This document shows positions 23,378 through 31,900 of a stretch of DNA of 32,000 bases, piece after piece. Numbering within the stretch: the stretch's first letter is position 1; each line of letters begins with the position of its first letter. Made by a program: the position numbers and the translations under genes. Under the pieces are notes generated by a model, which saw only the letters and a list, made by a program, of their open reading frames with translations, had not been told where the DNA came from and did no database searches. Source of the stretch: Brachybacterium equifaecis (lineage in GTDB: Bacteria > Actinomycetota > Actinomycetes > Actinomycetales > Dermabacteraceae); the NCBI RefSeq assembly GCF_023509525.1, contig NZ_JAKNCJ010000007.1:79727-111726 (forward strand), in the 5' to 3' direction.

Positions 23378-26300
23378 CTACAGCGCGATGCGCTTGTCGT
23401 CGTTGAGGGCCTGGATCAGGGCCGTGCGCAGCGCGTCGAGGTAGCGATCGACGTCGTCCTCTGTTTCAAGGACGCCGTGGATTCCTTGAGCGTTGATGCT
23501 CTTGACCGAGACAGTCTGCTTCTTGGCCGGTGCAGGGGCGGGTTCATCGCCGCCGTCCGCCTCGGCGCTGCGCGGGGAAGCGGCGAGCTGGTCAAGGATG
23601 GCCGGGTAGATGAATTCCTCGAAGGTGTTCGCGATCTCGCGGACGACTGCGATCTGGTCTTCTCGGTCGATCCGGTCGAGGACCGCGCTGACCTTCTGTG
23701 TCGCGCCATGCTGCGCTTCGCCGGTTGCTTCGAGATAGATCGTGCTGGTCTGGAGCGGTGCCCATCGGGAGTCGATCTCTAAGAGTGCTTCGTCGCGGTT
23801 CGCCGCGAGCGCCTCGTGGATGCGGGCTTGGAGGTCGACGGTGGCGGCCTTGAGCTTGGTCATCCGGTTGCCGCGGAAGGCCTGCGGGTCTGCGAGAAGC
23901 TGCGCCACTTCCTGGCTGCTGCCGGAGGGCAGGTAGTTCAGGTTGCTCGCGTTGCTGACGAGCAGCTCGGTTGCCTCGTCGTAAATCTTGCGCTGGGCAC
24001 CGCCGAGGAATGCCTGGATCGGGTCGATGAGGTCGCTCTTGGCATCGAGTAGATCGTCGGCGATAGCGAAGTCGGTCAGGTACCAGTCGTCGGGTTTGCC
24101 AACGACGGACTCCAGCAGCGCGATCGGCGCTTCGAGCTGAGCCACGAATGGGTACTTCGAGCCACTCATTCGCGCCTTGAGTTCCTCGCACTTTGCCCGG
24201 AGGCGTTCGCTGGTGTGCCGGGCAAGTTCGAGTGGGTCTTTCGGCACGGCAGGTTCGTCGAAGAAGTCCGTGCAGAACGCGCGCAGTGCCGCAATCTTGC
24301 GCTGGTCGAATGTCTTCTGCGGAGCGACGACGGCGTGGAAGTGCTTCTGCGTGTTGCGAAGTGCGGAAGCCACTTCGCTGCGCTTGAGGATGTTCGAGTC
24401 GACGGTGAGGGTGATCTTCGAGGTGCCGACCAGCCAGGCTGTGACGCATTCGATGGAGGCCAGGTCCCAGCCGTAAGGTTTGGCCTGGAGGTGTTCGACG
24501 ATCTTCTTGACCGTGACCTGCTCGCCGAGCCGGCCACGCTGCAGCAGGTACGACAGCACCTCGTCTGCTGGTGCTGCGAGCGCATGGATCGAGTCGTCGT
24601 CGATCATTCCGGACTGGTCAGGGTTCGCGAACCCGGCAACCTGCTGCTCGGAGTAGGTGCGCCCGTCAAGGAGGCTCAGTTGGGTGTAGGTCCGGGCGAT
24701 GAGGTCTTGGAACCCGTCAGTGATCCGCGTGATCGCATCCTGCGACGCCACGGTGAGGTCGGCGGCATTGATCACGAGATCGGCACGTCCAACGGCCCGT
24801 CGGATGCGCTCGACAAGTTCCTTCTCCCGCTGAGCGTTCTGAGTCGCCTTGGCGCGCAGAATCTGCTCCTCGACCGGTGACAGCGAGCTGGTCTGCTTGC
24901 GCTTGGTGTATTTCTCGGTCTTGATGAGCAGCCGAAGGTCGGCCAGCACCCGATCGTCGGGCGCGAGGATGACACGAAGCTCGTTCTTGCCTGCCGAGTG
25001 CATCCGAACCTCTTCCGGACCGTACGGGTACTCGGGCGTGATGAAGTGCAGCGAGAGTTCACGTTGCTGGCCGAATGCCTGGTCGTCGAGCTTGTACCCG
25101 AACGGGAAGTCCTGCCCGTTCTTGGCGTAGCGGAGCTTGGAGGTCTTGACGACATCGCCGGACAGAATCTTGTTCAGCCGGGTGGAGACCTCGGAGGAGT
25201 CGATCTCGACGTTCTTGATCTCTTCCTCGATCACCTGCTCTTCGTTGGTCAGGTACTCGTAGACGTTGCCGTTGCGCTGCACGTAGGTCTGCGTCTCCAG
25301 CAGCGTCAGCGCTTCCTGGACCTGCTTGGACAGCGCTGGCAGATCGAGCCCGAACCGGTCGTAAACCAACACGGTCAGGTTGCGCGGAGTGGCCTGGAAG
25401 CTCTCGACGTACTTGACCAGGAAGAGCGCCTTGAGTAGCCGCACCGCGAGCTCGGTGACCGGTGAGCCGCTGTCGGGGAGATCACGCTCGGCGCGGTCGA
25501 TCGAACGCTGTGCTGCGGACTTCAACGACGCGCGGATGCCAGCGAACATGGCGTCGAAGGTTGCCAGCGACCCGATCTCGACATCGCCGATGTCCTTAGC
25601 GACCTGCTGGACGACGCCGAGCATGGAGCGTTCACCGACAGAGCTGTTGCGGCCCTCGAACACGTTGTGATCAGAGATACCCTCGATCGCGGCCTGGAAC
25701 AGCGGGAATTGATAGCTCACGAACGGGTAGGTGCCGACGAAGTGGGCTTCGTCGGTGAAGTTTCGGTAGGTCTTGGCGCCATCAACGAAGTCGAACAGTG
25801 TCTTGAAGTTCGCTGACTCTTGCGCGTAGACCGCGTCGAGCACCTGAGTGCCCTTGTCGTTCTTCTCCAGCAGGCGCTTGCGGATGACTTCTTCCACGTC
25901 GGCGGAGGTGAGCTTCACGCGCGTCTTGAACCGGGCCTGAATCTTCGAGAAGTCGTTGCCCTGCTGCTTGGTGCGGTCGCCGACCACCTTGTCCATGTCT
26001 TCTTGCGAGGTAACGAACACCCAGGCCCGTCCGCCGCACTTCGTGTTCAGCGACTCGGCGATCGTCTGAAGGTTCAGCATCAGGTGAGTGTTGGAGCCGA
26101 TGAACTGCCCGACCTCATCGACGAAGAAGTTGAGCCGGTAGCCGGCCGACTGCTTATCCAGCCATGCGCGCACCTCGTCGGCGAAGTCCTCGATCGACAC
26201 CGAGTAGGTGTCCTGATAGGTCTTCAGGATGTCGGGCACGGTCGCCGCGTCCACCCCAGTGATCTGCGCGTACGCCTCGTTGACCTGACGGCGCACGGTC

Positions 26301-26908
26301 GGAAGCCCGAAGCTCGGCCGACGCTCAACCCAGTCTCGACCCGACACCGCCAAGAAGGCGTCCTTGAAAGCGACGAGCTGGCCCTCGTCCTCCAACTGTC
26401 GCTCGAACCGGGAGATGTGACCCTGATCGCCGTAGTAGCCACGGGACTCGTCGAACACCTTCACGAACACCCGCAGCAGCGCGTCGGTCTGATCCTTGCT
26501 GATCAGAGTTGCCTTCTGGTCGATGTTGAACAGAAGACTCTTCGCCGGGATGCGGTCAGCCTTGTCAAGCAACGGCGGCAAGAACGCATCCGTCGCCTTG
26601 GCGCGGAAGCTCTCCGAAACACGCGCGCGAGGGAAGTCGTCACCCTCCACATCGCCGAGGAGGTGCGCGAGCATCTTCAAGAGGTGCGACTTACCGGAGC
26701 CGAAGAAGCCCGAAATCCACACGCCGTTCGCGTTGGTGTAATTCGTGTACGCCTCCAGCAGCAACTCCAGCCCCTTGGCGGCCTCGTTGGTCAGGACGTA
26801 CTCGTCGACCTCGGTGCCCAGGTGCGCAACGTCGTCGGCCTTGATGACGCCCTCGATGGGTCGCTGGACGTCCTTGGCGAAAATCTCGGTGAGCTGCATA
26901 ACGGTCAC
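23378..26908 (-). CDS. brxC: BREX BrxC P-loop ATPase
   Basis: 1176 aa. The N-terminus has IFAKDVQRPIEGVIKAD and Walker A GFFGSGKSHLLKML. The GTG start overlaps the brxB stop (GTGA); an alternative ATG lies 9 nt downstream. Confidence 0.95.
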   Translation of the reverse strand: MTVMQLTEIFAKDVQRPIEGVIKADDVAHLGTEVDEYVLTNEAAKGLELLLEAYTNYTNANGVWISGFFGSGKSHLLKMLAHLLGDVEGDDFPRARVSESFRAKATDAFLPPLLDKADRIPAKSLLFNIDQKATLISKDQTDALLRVFVKVFDESRGYYGDQGHISRFERQLEDEGQLVAFKDAFLAVSGRDWVERRPSFGLPTVRRQVNEAYAQITGVDAATVPDILKTYQDTYSVSIEDFADEVRAWLDKQSAGYRLNFFVDEVGQFIGSNTHLMLNLQTIAESLNTKCGGRAWVFVTSQEDMDKVVGDRTKQQGNDFSKIQARFKTRVKLTSADVEEVIRKRLLEKNDKGTQVLDAVYAQESANFKTLFDFVDGAKTYRNFTDEAHFVGTYPFVSYQFPLFQAAIEGISDHNVFEGRNSSVGERSMLGVVQQVAKDIGDVEIGSLATFDAMFAGIRASLKSAAQRSIDRAERDLPDSGSPVTELAVRLLKALFLVKYVESFQATPRNLTVLVYDRFGLDLPALSKQVQEALTLLETQTYVQRNGNVYEYLTNEEQVIEEEIKNVEIDSSEVSTRLNKILSGDVVKTSKLRYAKNGQDFPFGYKLDDQAFGQQRELSLHFITPEYPYGPEEVRMHSAGKNELRVILAPDDRVLADLRLLIKTEKYTKRKQTSSLSPVEEQILRAKATQNAQREKELVERIRRAVGRADLVINAADLTVASQDAITRITDGFQDLIARTYTQLSLLDGRTYSEQQVAGFANPDQSGMIDDDSIHALAAPADEVLSYLLQRGRLGEQVTVKKIVEHLQAKPYGWDLASIECVTAWLVGTSKITLTVDSNILKRSEVASALRNTQKHFHAVVAPQKTFDQRKIAALRAFCTDFFDEPAVPKDPLELARHTSERLRAKCEELKARMSGSKYPFVAQLEAPIALLESVVGKPDDWYLTDFAIADDLLDAKSDLIDPIQAFLGGAQRKIYDEATELLVSNASNLNYLPSGSSQEVAQLLADPQAFRGNRMTKLKAATVDLQARIHEALAANRDEALLEIDSRWAPLQTSTIYLEATGEAQHGATQKVSAVLDRIDREDQIAVVREIANTFEEFIYPAILDQLAASPRSAEADGGDEPAPAPAKKQTVSVKSINAQGIHGVLETEDDVDRYLDALRTALIQALNDDKRIAL

Positions 26909-27504
26909 GGTTCCTGTTCCAGAATGTTCTTGGCGCGGTAATACTGGTCGTCCTTCAACCTGCCGAACAGCACCAGCGATGAGCCGAGAGTGTCGGACTG
27001 CTCGTAGCGGCCGGGGAAGAACATGAGCATCGGCCGGCCCACCACAACGCTCTGCAAGTTGTTGAGCACGTTGTGGGATCGGATGTAGGGGAAGACCTCG
27101 CCGATCCCGGTCAAGAACACGATGTCGAACTCGCCATCAGCCAGCCGCCCCCGGATCGCGGGAGCCAGGTGCTGCTGCGGGTTGAGCATGGACTGCAACA
27201 TCTCGGTGAACTCGGCCTTGTCGAGCTCGGGTTCGACCTCAAGCACTTCGTCCCAGTCGCCGCGCTCCTTGAGTACGTCCACCGACAGATCGTAGAGGTT
27301 GATCTCGCGTACCTCGATGCCCTTGCCGGCCAGACGGTTCTTGACTCGCTTCTTCGCCTTGGCCACATCAAGCGCGTGCTCCGGCTCGTAGGGATAGATG
27401 AAGAACGGGACCTCGTTGGACAAGCCCTCCATCTTCAGGAAGCGCTCGCCACTGAGCACCGCAAACAGATGCTCCTCCTGGCGGGAAAGTTCATGGGGCG
27501 TCAC
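26905..27504 (-). CDS. brxB: BREX BrxB (DUF1788)
   Basis: 199 aa. PFFIYPYEPEHAL...INLYDL...DIVFLTGIGEVFPYIRSHNVLNNLQ...PMLMFFPG matches the DUF1788 pattern. The GTG start overlaps the brxA stop. Confidence 0.9.
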   Translation of the reverse strand: MTPHELSRQEEHLFAVLSGERFLKMEGLSNEVPFFIYPYEPEHALDVAKAKKRVKNRLAGKGIEVREINLYDLSVDVLKERGDWDEVLEVEPELDKAEFTEMLQSMLNPQQHLAPAIRGRLADGEFDIVFLTGIGEVFPYIRSHNVLNNLQSVVVGRPMLMFFPGRYEQSDTLGSSLVLFGRLKDDQYYRAKNILEQEP

Positions 27505-28121
27505 AACGAGACCTCCTTGCTGTCACGGGCTGGAAGGTAGCGGAGGTCACTTGGTAACTGAGCGTCGAGTGCGTCCCGGACACGCTCTGATGGCGCCGCG
27601 TTGACGATCTCGCCGCCTGCAAGCAGTCCAGCCTCGGTCAGCATGCGGAACACGGTCGACCGCAGTTTCTGCAACGTCGAGTCCTTCACCTCTGCGAGCT
27701 CAGGGTGCCACAGTGCCTTCCCACGAACGAAGCTGTCGAAGTCTTCGTAGCCCAAGGTGGGAGTGAGCAGGAGGAAGCGCTCGCGCACGGCCTCTTCCGC
27801 GAAGTCGCCGATGAGCGCGTAGCGTCGGCAAGCGGCGACCCACATCAGGTGCCCACGTTCACTGGGGCTAGCGTCTCGCAGCAACTCCAGCTCCGGGTCC
27901 GTGAGCGCCGCTAATCGCTGCGCGACCTCGCGCGCCAACCGGAATCCGGAGGAGGCGGTTCGCGCCTGGAGCAAGTTCTCTGAGCGGAGCTGGTCTCGAA
28001 CCAGACCCCAGTCACGAGCTTCCAGGAAGAGCGGCGCGGCGATCACCGCCTCCCGAGTCAGGAGGGCACCGCTCGTGAAGGACAGGGCGTATCGGTCATG
28101 TTCCTGAGACGCGATGCTCAT
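27501..28121 (-). CDS. brxA: BREX BrxA (DUF1819)
   Basis: 206 aa. YALSFTSGALLTREAV...ENLLQARTASSGFRLAREVAQRL...LMWVAACRRYALIGDFAEEAVRERF. RBS GGAAGGAGG lies 7 nt upstream of ATG 28121. Confidence 0.9.
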   Translation of the reverse strand: MSIASQEHDRYALSFTSGALLTREAVIAAPLFLEARDWGLVRDQLRSENLLQARTASSGFRLAREVAQRLAALTDPELELLRDASPSERGHLMWVAACRRYALIGDFAEEAVRERFLLLTPTLGYEDFDSFVRGKALWHPELAEVKDSTLQKLRSTVFRMLTEAGLLAGGEIVNAAPSERVRDALDAQLPSDLRYLPARDSKEVSL

Positions 28122-28154
28122 CTGGTGCCTCCTTCCAGTGTCGGGCAGTGGATC

Positions 28155-28191
28155 AGGATATGGGGTGCCGCCGACAAGTGTCAGCGGCGGC
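28155..28191 (-). promoter_or_regulatory. Putative BREX promoter overlapped by a 7-bp inverted repeat
   Basis: Minus strand reads CTGACA (28184-28179), an 18-nt spacer, then TATCCT (28160-28155), ~33 nt upstream of the brxA ATG. The inverted repeat GCCGCCG-N11-CGGCGGC (28167-28191) brackets the -35. It could equally be the terminator of the upstream HTH gene. Confidence 0.3.
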
Positions 28192-28209
28192 TCGAAGTGA
28201 GCGACGCGT

Positions 28210-28410
28210 TCACCCTGGCGGGGAGGGTTCGGGGTCGGCGGCAGCGCCGCCTCGTCGCCCCCAGCCGTCGATCTCGCTGGCTCTGAACTTCCAGAGGCGT
28301 CCGACCTTGTGGGCGGGCATGGCCTTCTCGGCGATCTAGGTGTAGACGGTGTCTTTGGTGACCCCGAGGTGGGCGGCGATGTCGTCTGCGGACACCCACG
28401 GCTGAGCCAC
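28210..28410 (-). pseudogene. Excisionase/MerR-like HTH (HTH_17-type) DNA-binding protein gene interrupted by an in-frame amber codon
   Basis: GTG 28408-28410 with GAGGGAGGA 5 nt upstream. Translation is VAQPWVSADDIAAHLGVTKDTVYT*IAEKAMPAHKVGRLWKFRASEIDGWGRRGG...*. The TAG at 28336-28338 replaces the Trp of the conserved VYxWI motif (TGG to TAG). The frame stays open to the TGA at 28210. Confidence 0.6.
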
Positions 28411-28736
28411 GCTGGTCCTCCCTCGCTCTATGGCCCAGGCAGGCCAACCCTCACGAGGATACCGGCGGAGGTACGGCTCGAGTTGGGTTTCTCCGGGCCT
28501 GGCCGAATGAGTTGGGGTGGCCAGGTGCTCAGCTCCGCTCGAGGCCGACCCGCTGGTGATGTGGCTGGTCATGGCGTGGTTGTCGCCGATCAGGGGATGA
28601 ATGGATCGGCTCCCGGCCGGCACAATGGGTGGTGTTGAAGCGATTCTTCCGCCGGAGGAGACCCGGTCCGTGACCCACCGTGCGAGTGACTTCGCCCGGA
28701 TCGTTGGCGGCGCTGCATCGCGGCGAGGCGATCACG

Positions 28737-28945
28737 ATCTGGATCCATCACGACAAGTACCATCGACGCCGCACCACCGCCGGCGACCAGCCCCCGGCCG
28801 CACACTCCGCACCTGCGTCGACAACGTCATGTCCGACTACAGCTAGCCCTACGTCACGAGCATGGCGGAGGTGATCAGCAACCGGACCCATCGCCGCCTC
28901 GGGTATTTCTCAGCGAAAGAGGAATTCGCTCGTCGCCGCGCCGCG
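28737..28945 (+). pseudogene. Heavily decayed integrase-core (rve, IS3-like) transposase remnant
   Basis: Fragments lie in two frames: IWIHHDKY (compare IHHSDRGSQY), then CVDNVMSDYS* (compare SYDNALAE), then ISNRTHRRLGYFSAKEEF (compare FNHRRLHSALGYLSPAEFE). There are frameshifts, deletions and a stop. Confidence 0.35.
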
Positions 28946-29222
28946 AAGCCCATGTTGCTTCGACGCCTTGACAGCACCGGGCCCATCACTACAACTACCT
29001 CCGGCCCCACTCTGCCCGCGGCGACCACCCCCGGGCTCACGGCTCCGCGCCAGCGTCGACAACGCCATTACGAACTAAAGCTTGGCTCTGGCGGTGGTCC
29101 GTGGATTAGGAGAAAATAATGGATCTCGAGGGGTGTGCCCCGGGCTTGCACGCTCGGTAGGTAACGCGGAGCGCGGAGCTCTTTCAAAAACCTGTTGCAC
29201 ATATATTTAGGTAGCGGGGTGG

Positions 29223-29957
29223 TTATCGGGCCTCGACCACGGCCTCCATTCCGATGAATCGCGGGAAGGGGAAAGTGGATACTGTCTCCGGCCCGCGAAG
29301 CTCGTCGAGGCGTGTGAGTCGAAGTCCACTGCTCCTGAATGTCTCCAGATATGTCTCAAGGGGTCGATGGATGTGGGTTGTGTTCATTGAGTAATCGAGT
29401 GAGCTGGTTTTGAATGGAGCCTGCACTATTAGTTCTTTCGAGTAATTGAATTCGGCGGCGCTCGCGTAGTCCCAGTAAATGGGCCAAAACGCCGGGTGTG
29501 TGATGGTTGCTACTAGACGACCCCCGCGTGCGAGCGTTGCTATCGAGGCACACACCTCGTCTAAGTGAAGCGCATCCATAAGGACCATATTCGCGACAAC
29601 CAGGTCAAAACGAGGATCATGCCGGGAGGCCGCCCAGTTCTCTATTGTTGAAACTTCATAGGTGCCCGTAGGGTCGTTCCGTCGGGCGATCTTCACACTC
29701 TCCTCGCTTGGGTCGATCCCGGTTACCGCAGTTGCAAGCTTTCGAAGGCTCTTCGTGAGCCGACCGGTACCGCAGCCCGCATCAAGTACTGTGTTTGCGG
29801 AGTTCAGGCGATTGAGGATCCAAGGTTCGAGGACCTCATTGAATGAACGGTCGGCCTCCGCGGCTACTTGCGAGTCCCTTATTGGTGCAATCTTGTCCCA
29901 CTCGCGATTCAGGTCCTCCTGCGTTTTCCGGGAGAAAAACGTAATCTTTTGCGGCAT
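29223..29957 (-). CDS. Class I SAM-dependent methyltransferase (small-molecule type)
   Basis: Start at ATG 29955-29957. Motif I VLDAGCGTGRLT, then VTGIDPSEESV and DLVVANMVLMD. No DPPY/NPPY-type DNA methyltransferase motif. G+C is much lower than in its surroundings. Confidence 0.8.
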   Translation of the reverse strand: MPQKITFFSRKTQEDLNREWDKIAPIRDSQVAAEADRSFNEVLEPWILNRLNSANTVLDAGCGTGRLTKSLRKLATAVTGIDPSEESVKIARRNDPTGTYEVSTIENWAASRHDPRFDLVVANMVLMDALHLDEVCASIATLARGGRLVATITHPAFWPIYWDYASAAEFNYSKELIVQAPFKTSSLDYSMNTTHIHRPLETYLETFRSSGLRLTRLDELRGPETVSTFPFPRFIGMEAVVEAR

Positions 29958-29967
29958 GAGGAAGACC

Positions 29968-30567
29968 CTAACTCTGAGTCCGCTTAATGAAGTCGTAAAG
30001 GTCCTCAACGAGGTGCAGGGCGGGATTGTCTTTAGCTTGGATGATTTGGATGCGATGCGCGTCTTTGGTTCCGTACCCGATTGCGACACGCGCATCGGAC
30101 CGACCCGGGTTAATGAGTGTAAATCGGCTGCGAAACCTATTTCCGTCAGTGCCGTAATAATATGCGACGGCGCCCTGGGATGTGAGGGTTTTGCTCAGGC
30201 TATTTGGTGCGGGCATCAGGAGATGTAGAGATCCATCTCGCGCTTTATTGATTAGGGCAATTTCGGCTTCATTCTTTACCCAACTCAAGTCATTTGAAGA
30301 AATGACACATTGCTCGTTTGTGCTCAAGAGGCGAGTCATGTATTTGAGAATTTTTGCATCCCTCTTTCTCCCTTTAAATGTCCGGGGGAGATCTTGGGCG
30401 GTTCCTACTATTTCGCAAACAGCCGAAGCTACTGTCAACACGAGGGCCGCGATCACGATGATTGTGTTGGCGGCGGATGAAAAGACTTCCCGTATGTCAC
30501 CGGCCAAGAAAACGCCTGCGATGAAAGCGATGAGTAACGTTAGTTGTGTGAGGATGGTCCTGGTCAT
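29968..30567 (-). CDS. Hypothetical 2-TM membrane protein with a C-terminal soluble domain (possibly degenerate PLD-like)
   Basis: ATG 30565-30567 (the track uses a TTG at 30612). TM1 is ILTQLTLLIAFIAGVFLAG and TM2 is IIVIAALVLTVASAVCEIV. TAAAGT lies 7 nt upstream of the ATG, so the mRNA may be leaderless. The soluble domain contains RSRFTLIN, with the same spacing as a degenerate HxKxxxxD motif. Confidence 0.6.
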   Translation of the reverse strand: MTRTILTQLTLLIAFIAGVFLAGDIREVFSSAANTIIVIAALVLTVASAVCEIVGTAQDLPRTFKGRKRDAKILKYMTRLLSTNEQCVISSNDLSWVKNEAEIALINKARDGSLHLLMPAPNSLSKTLTSQGAVAYYYGTDGNRFRSRFTLINPGRSDARVAIGYGTKDAHRIQIIQAKDNPALHLVEDLYDFIKRTQS

Positions 30568-30771
30568 GCAGCTCACTTTAGCCCACTGCCGGCGATGCTT
30601 GAGTGTGGGCAACCGGGTTCGTGTTGCCGGGAGGGGGTCAAGTGGGCGCTTGGTCCTGGAATCGATCGTGTAAGGACGCGAGGCGAATGTTGTGACTCTG
30701 TGGCCGATATCTTGCTATCTCCAGGAGTCCGGAGGTGGGCTCTGAGGTCGCCCGCGCCCGTCAGGGCGGGT

Positions 30772-30922
30772 TCAATCGATCGATGCAACACCGGCTTGAT
30801 CCAGTGATTCTAGATGCTCGTGGAAGACCTCTGTGGGCGTCTTCTACCCGAGAGGCTTCCCGGGGCGATTGTTCAACGTGTATGCCAGTGCCCGCAGGTC
30901 GGCCGCGCTCCAGCGGGACAGG
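30772..30922 (-). pseudogene. C-terminal remnant (~50 codons) of an IS30-family transposase, with an in-frame amber codon
   Basis: Minus-strand translation is LSRWSAADLRALAYTLNNRPGKPLG*KTPTEVFHEHLESLDQAGVASID*. The signature LNxRPRKxLGWxTPxE is present. The TAG at 30844-30846 sits at the Trp position. The remnant ends exactly at the left end of the IS3 element. Confidence 0.6.
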
Positions 30923-30974
30923 TGTATCGCCCCGGGTTTGGTGGAGGCTCTGATCCCACGGGAGGATGAGAGAC

Positions 30975-31292
30975 ATGGCAGCACCGAGGGAGTACCCCGA
31001 TGAGATTCGGGAGCGAGCAACGAGGATGACTGTGGAGGCCCGGAAGGACCCCGCGACCAGGGCCGGGGCGTTCAAGCGCGTCGGCGAGCACCTTGGGATC
31101 CACCCGGAGACTCTGCGAACCCGGGTCCGCCTAGTCCAGATTGATGACGGTCTTCGCCCGGGTACGACGAGCAGCGAGTCCCAGCGCCTGTTGGAGCTGG
31201 AGAAGGAGAACCGTGAACTGCGTCGGGCGAATGCGATCCTGAAGTCGGCTTCGGCTTTTTTCGCGGCGGAGCTCGACCGCCCACAGCGCTGA
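30975..31292 (+). CDS. IS3-family transposase OrfA (HTH)
   Basis: ATG 30975 with GGGAGGA 8 nt upstream. ...YPDEIRERATRM...LEKENRELRRANAILKSASAFFAAELDRPQR is close to the IS6110 OrfA C-terminus (RRANAILKTASAFFAAELDRP). Confidence 0.85.
   Translation: MAAPREYPDEIRERATRMTVEARKDPATRAGAFKRVGEHLGIHPETLRTRVRLVQIDDGLRPGTTSSESQRLLELEKENRELRRANAILKSASAFFAAELDRPQR
31256..31262 (+). other. Programmed -1 ribosomal frameshift heptamer T_TTT_TTC joining orfA to orfB
   Basis: In the orfA frame the sequence reads GCT TTT TTC (an X XXY YYZ slippery site). The -1 frame is open from here (FFRGGARPPTALIVKFIDH...) into orfB, which lies in the -1 frame relative to orfA. Confidence 0.55.
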
Positions 31293-31900
31293 TCGTGAAG
31301 TTCATCGATCACTACAAGCACGAGTTCGGTATCGAGCCGATCTGCAGAACGCTGACGGACGCGGGAACGCGGATCGCACCGAGCACCTACTACGCATTCA
31401 ACTCCCGGCAGCCGTCGAAGCGAGCTGTCCGCGAAGCACGTCTGGCTGTCGAAATTCGACGCGTCCATGCGGAGAATTTCGGCGCGTATGGCGCGAGGAG
31501 AGTGCATGCTCAGCTCCATCGAGAGGGCATCCCTGTCGCGAGGTGCACGGTCGAGAGACTGATGCGCGCCGAGGGCCTGCGCGGAGTAACTCGCGCGAAG
31601 GGCCCGCGGACGACGATCCCTGGCCGTGGCCCGGAATCGCATCCTGACCTGGTGCAGCGGAACTTCTCTGCGACCGCGCCGGACCAGCTGTGGGTCGCGG
31701 ACATCACCTACTGCCGCACGTTCTCGGGCTGGGTGTATGCCGCGATCGTCGTCGACATGTTCTCCCGCCGGGTCGTCGGCTGGCAGGTGTTGAAGTCTCT
31801 GCGGACTGATCTCGCCCTCGATGCCCTGGAGATGGGGATCTGGACGCGACGCTATGCGGGTCGAGAGTTCATCGGCCTCGGTGGCGTCAAGGCGTCGTAG
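31262..31900 (+). pseudogene. IS3-family transposase OrfB (integrase core), truncated
   Basis: KFIDHYKHEFGIEPICRTL...IAPSTYY...YGARRVHAQLHREGIPVARCTVERLMR...LWVADITY...GWQV...ALEMGIWTRR parallels IS6110 OrfB. It then diverges (..FIGLGGVKAS*) before the catalytic HHSDRGxQY region. Confidence 0.8.

Larger units (their letters stand above)
30923..31879 (+). mobile_element. IS3-family (IS51 group, IS6110-like) insertion sequence, 3'-truncated
   Basis: The left terminal repeat TGTATCGCCCCGGGTTTGGTGGAGGCTC (30923-30950) resembles the recalled IS6110 terminal repeat TGAACCGCCCCGGCATGTCCGGAGACTC. orfA and orfB are in the 0/-1 arrangement. orfB similarity stops near 31865-31879, before the DDE region (no HHSDRG..). 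No right repeat is present. Confidence 0.8.

Noticed and set aside
28336-28338. Possible TAG reassignment or programmed read-through as the explanation for in-frame amber codons
   Set aside because: TAG ends several well-defined genes in the window at their expected C-termini (pglZ 16319-16321, brxC 23378-23380, the esterase 3679-3681). It is therefore a normal stop codon here.
28181-28447. 88-aa minus-strand ORF, and the long N-terminal extension of ORF 28336..28623
   Set aside because: The ORF is Arg-rich and out of frame with the HTH reading frame. The HTH gene has a much better start (GTG 28410 with GAGGGAGGA), so the upstream extension is unlikely to be translated.
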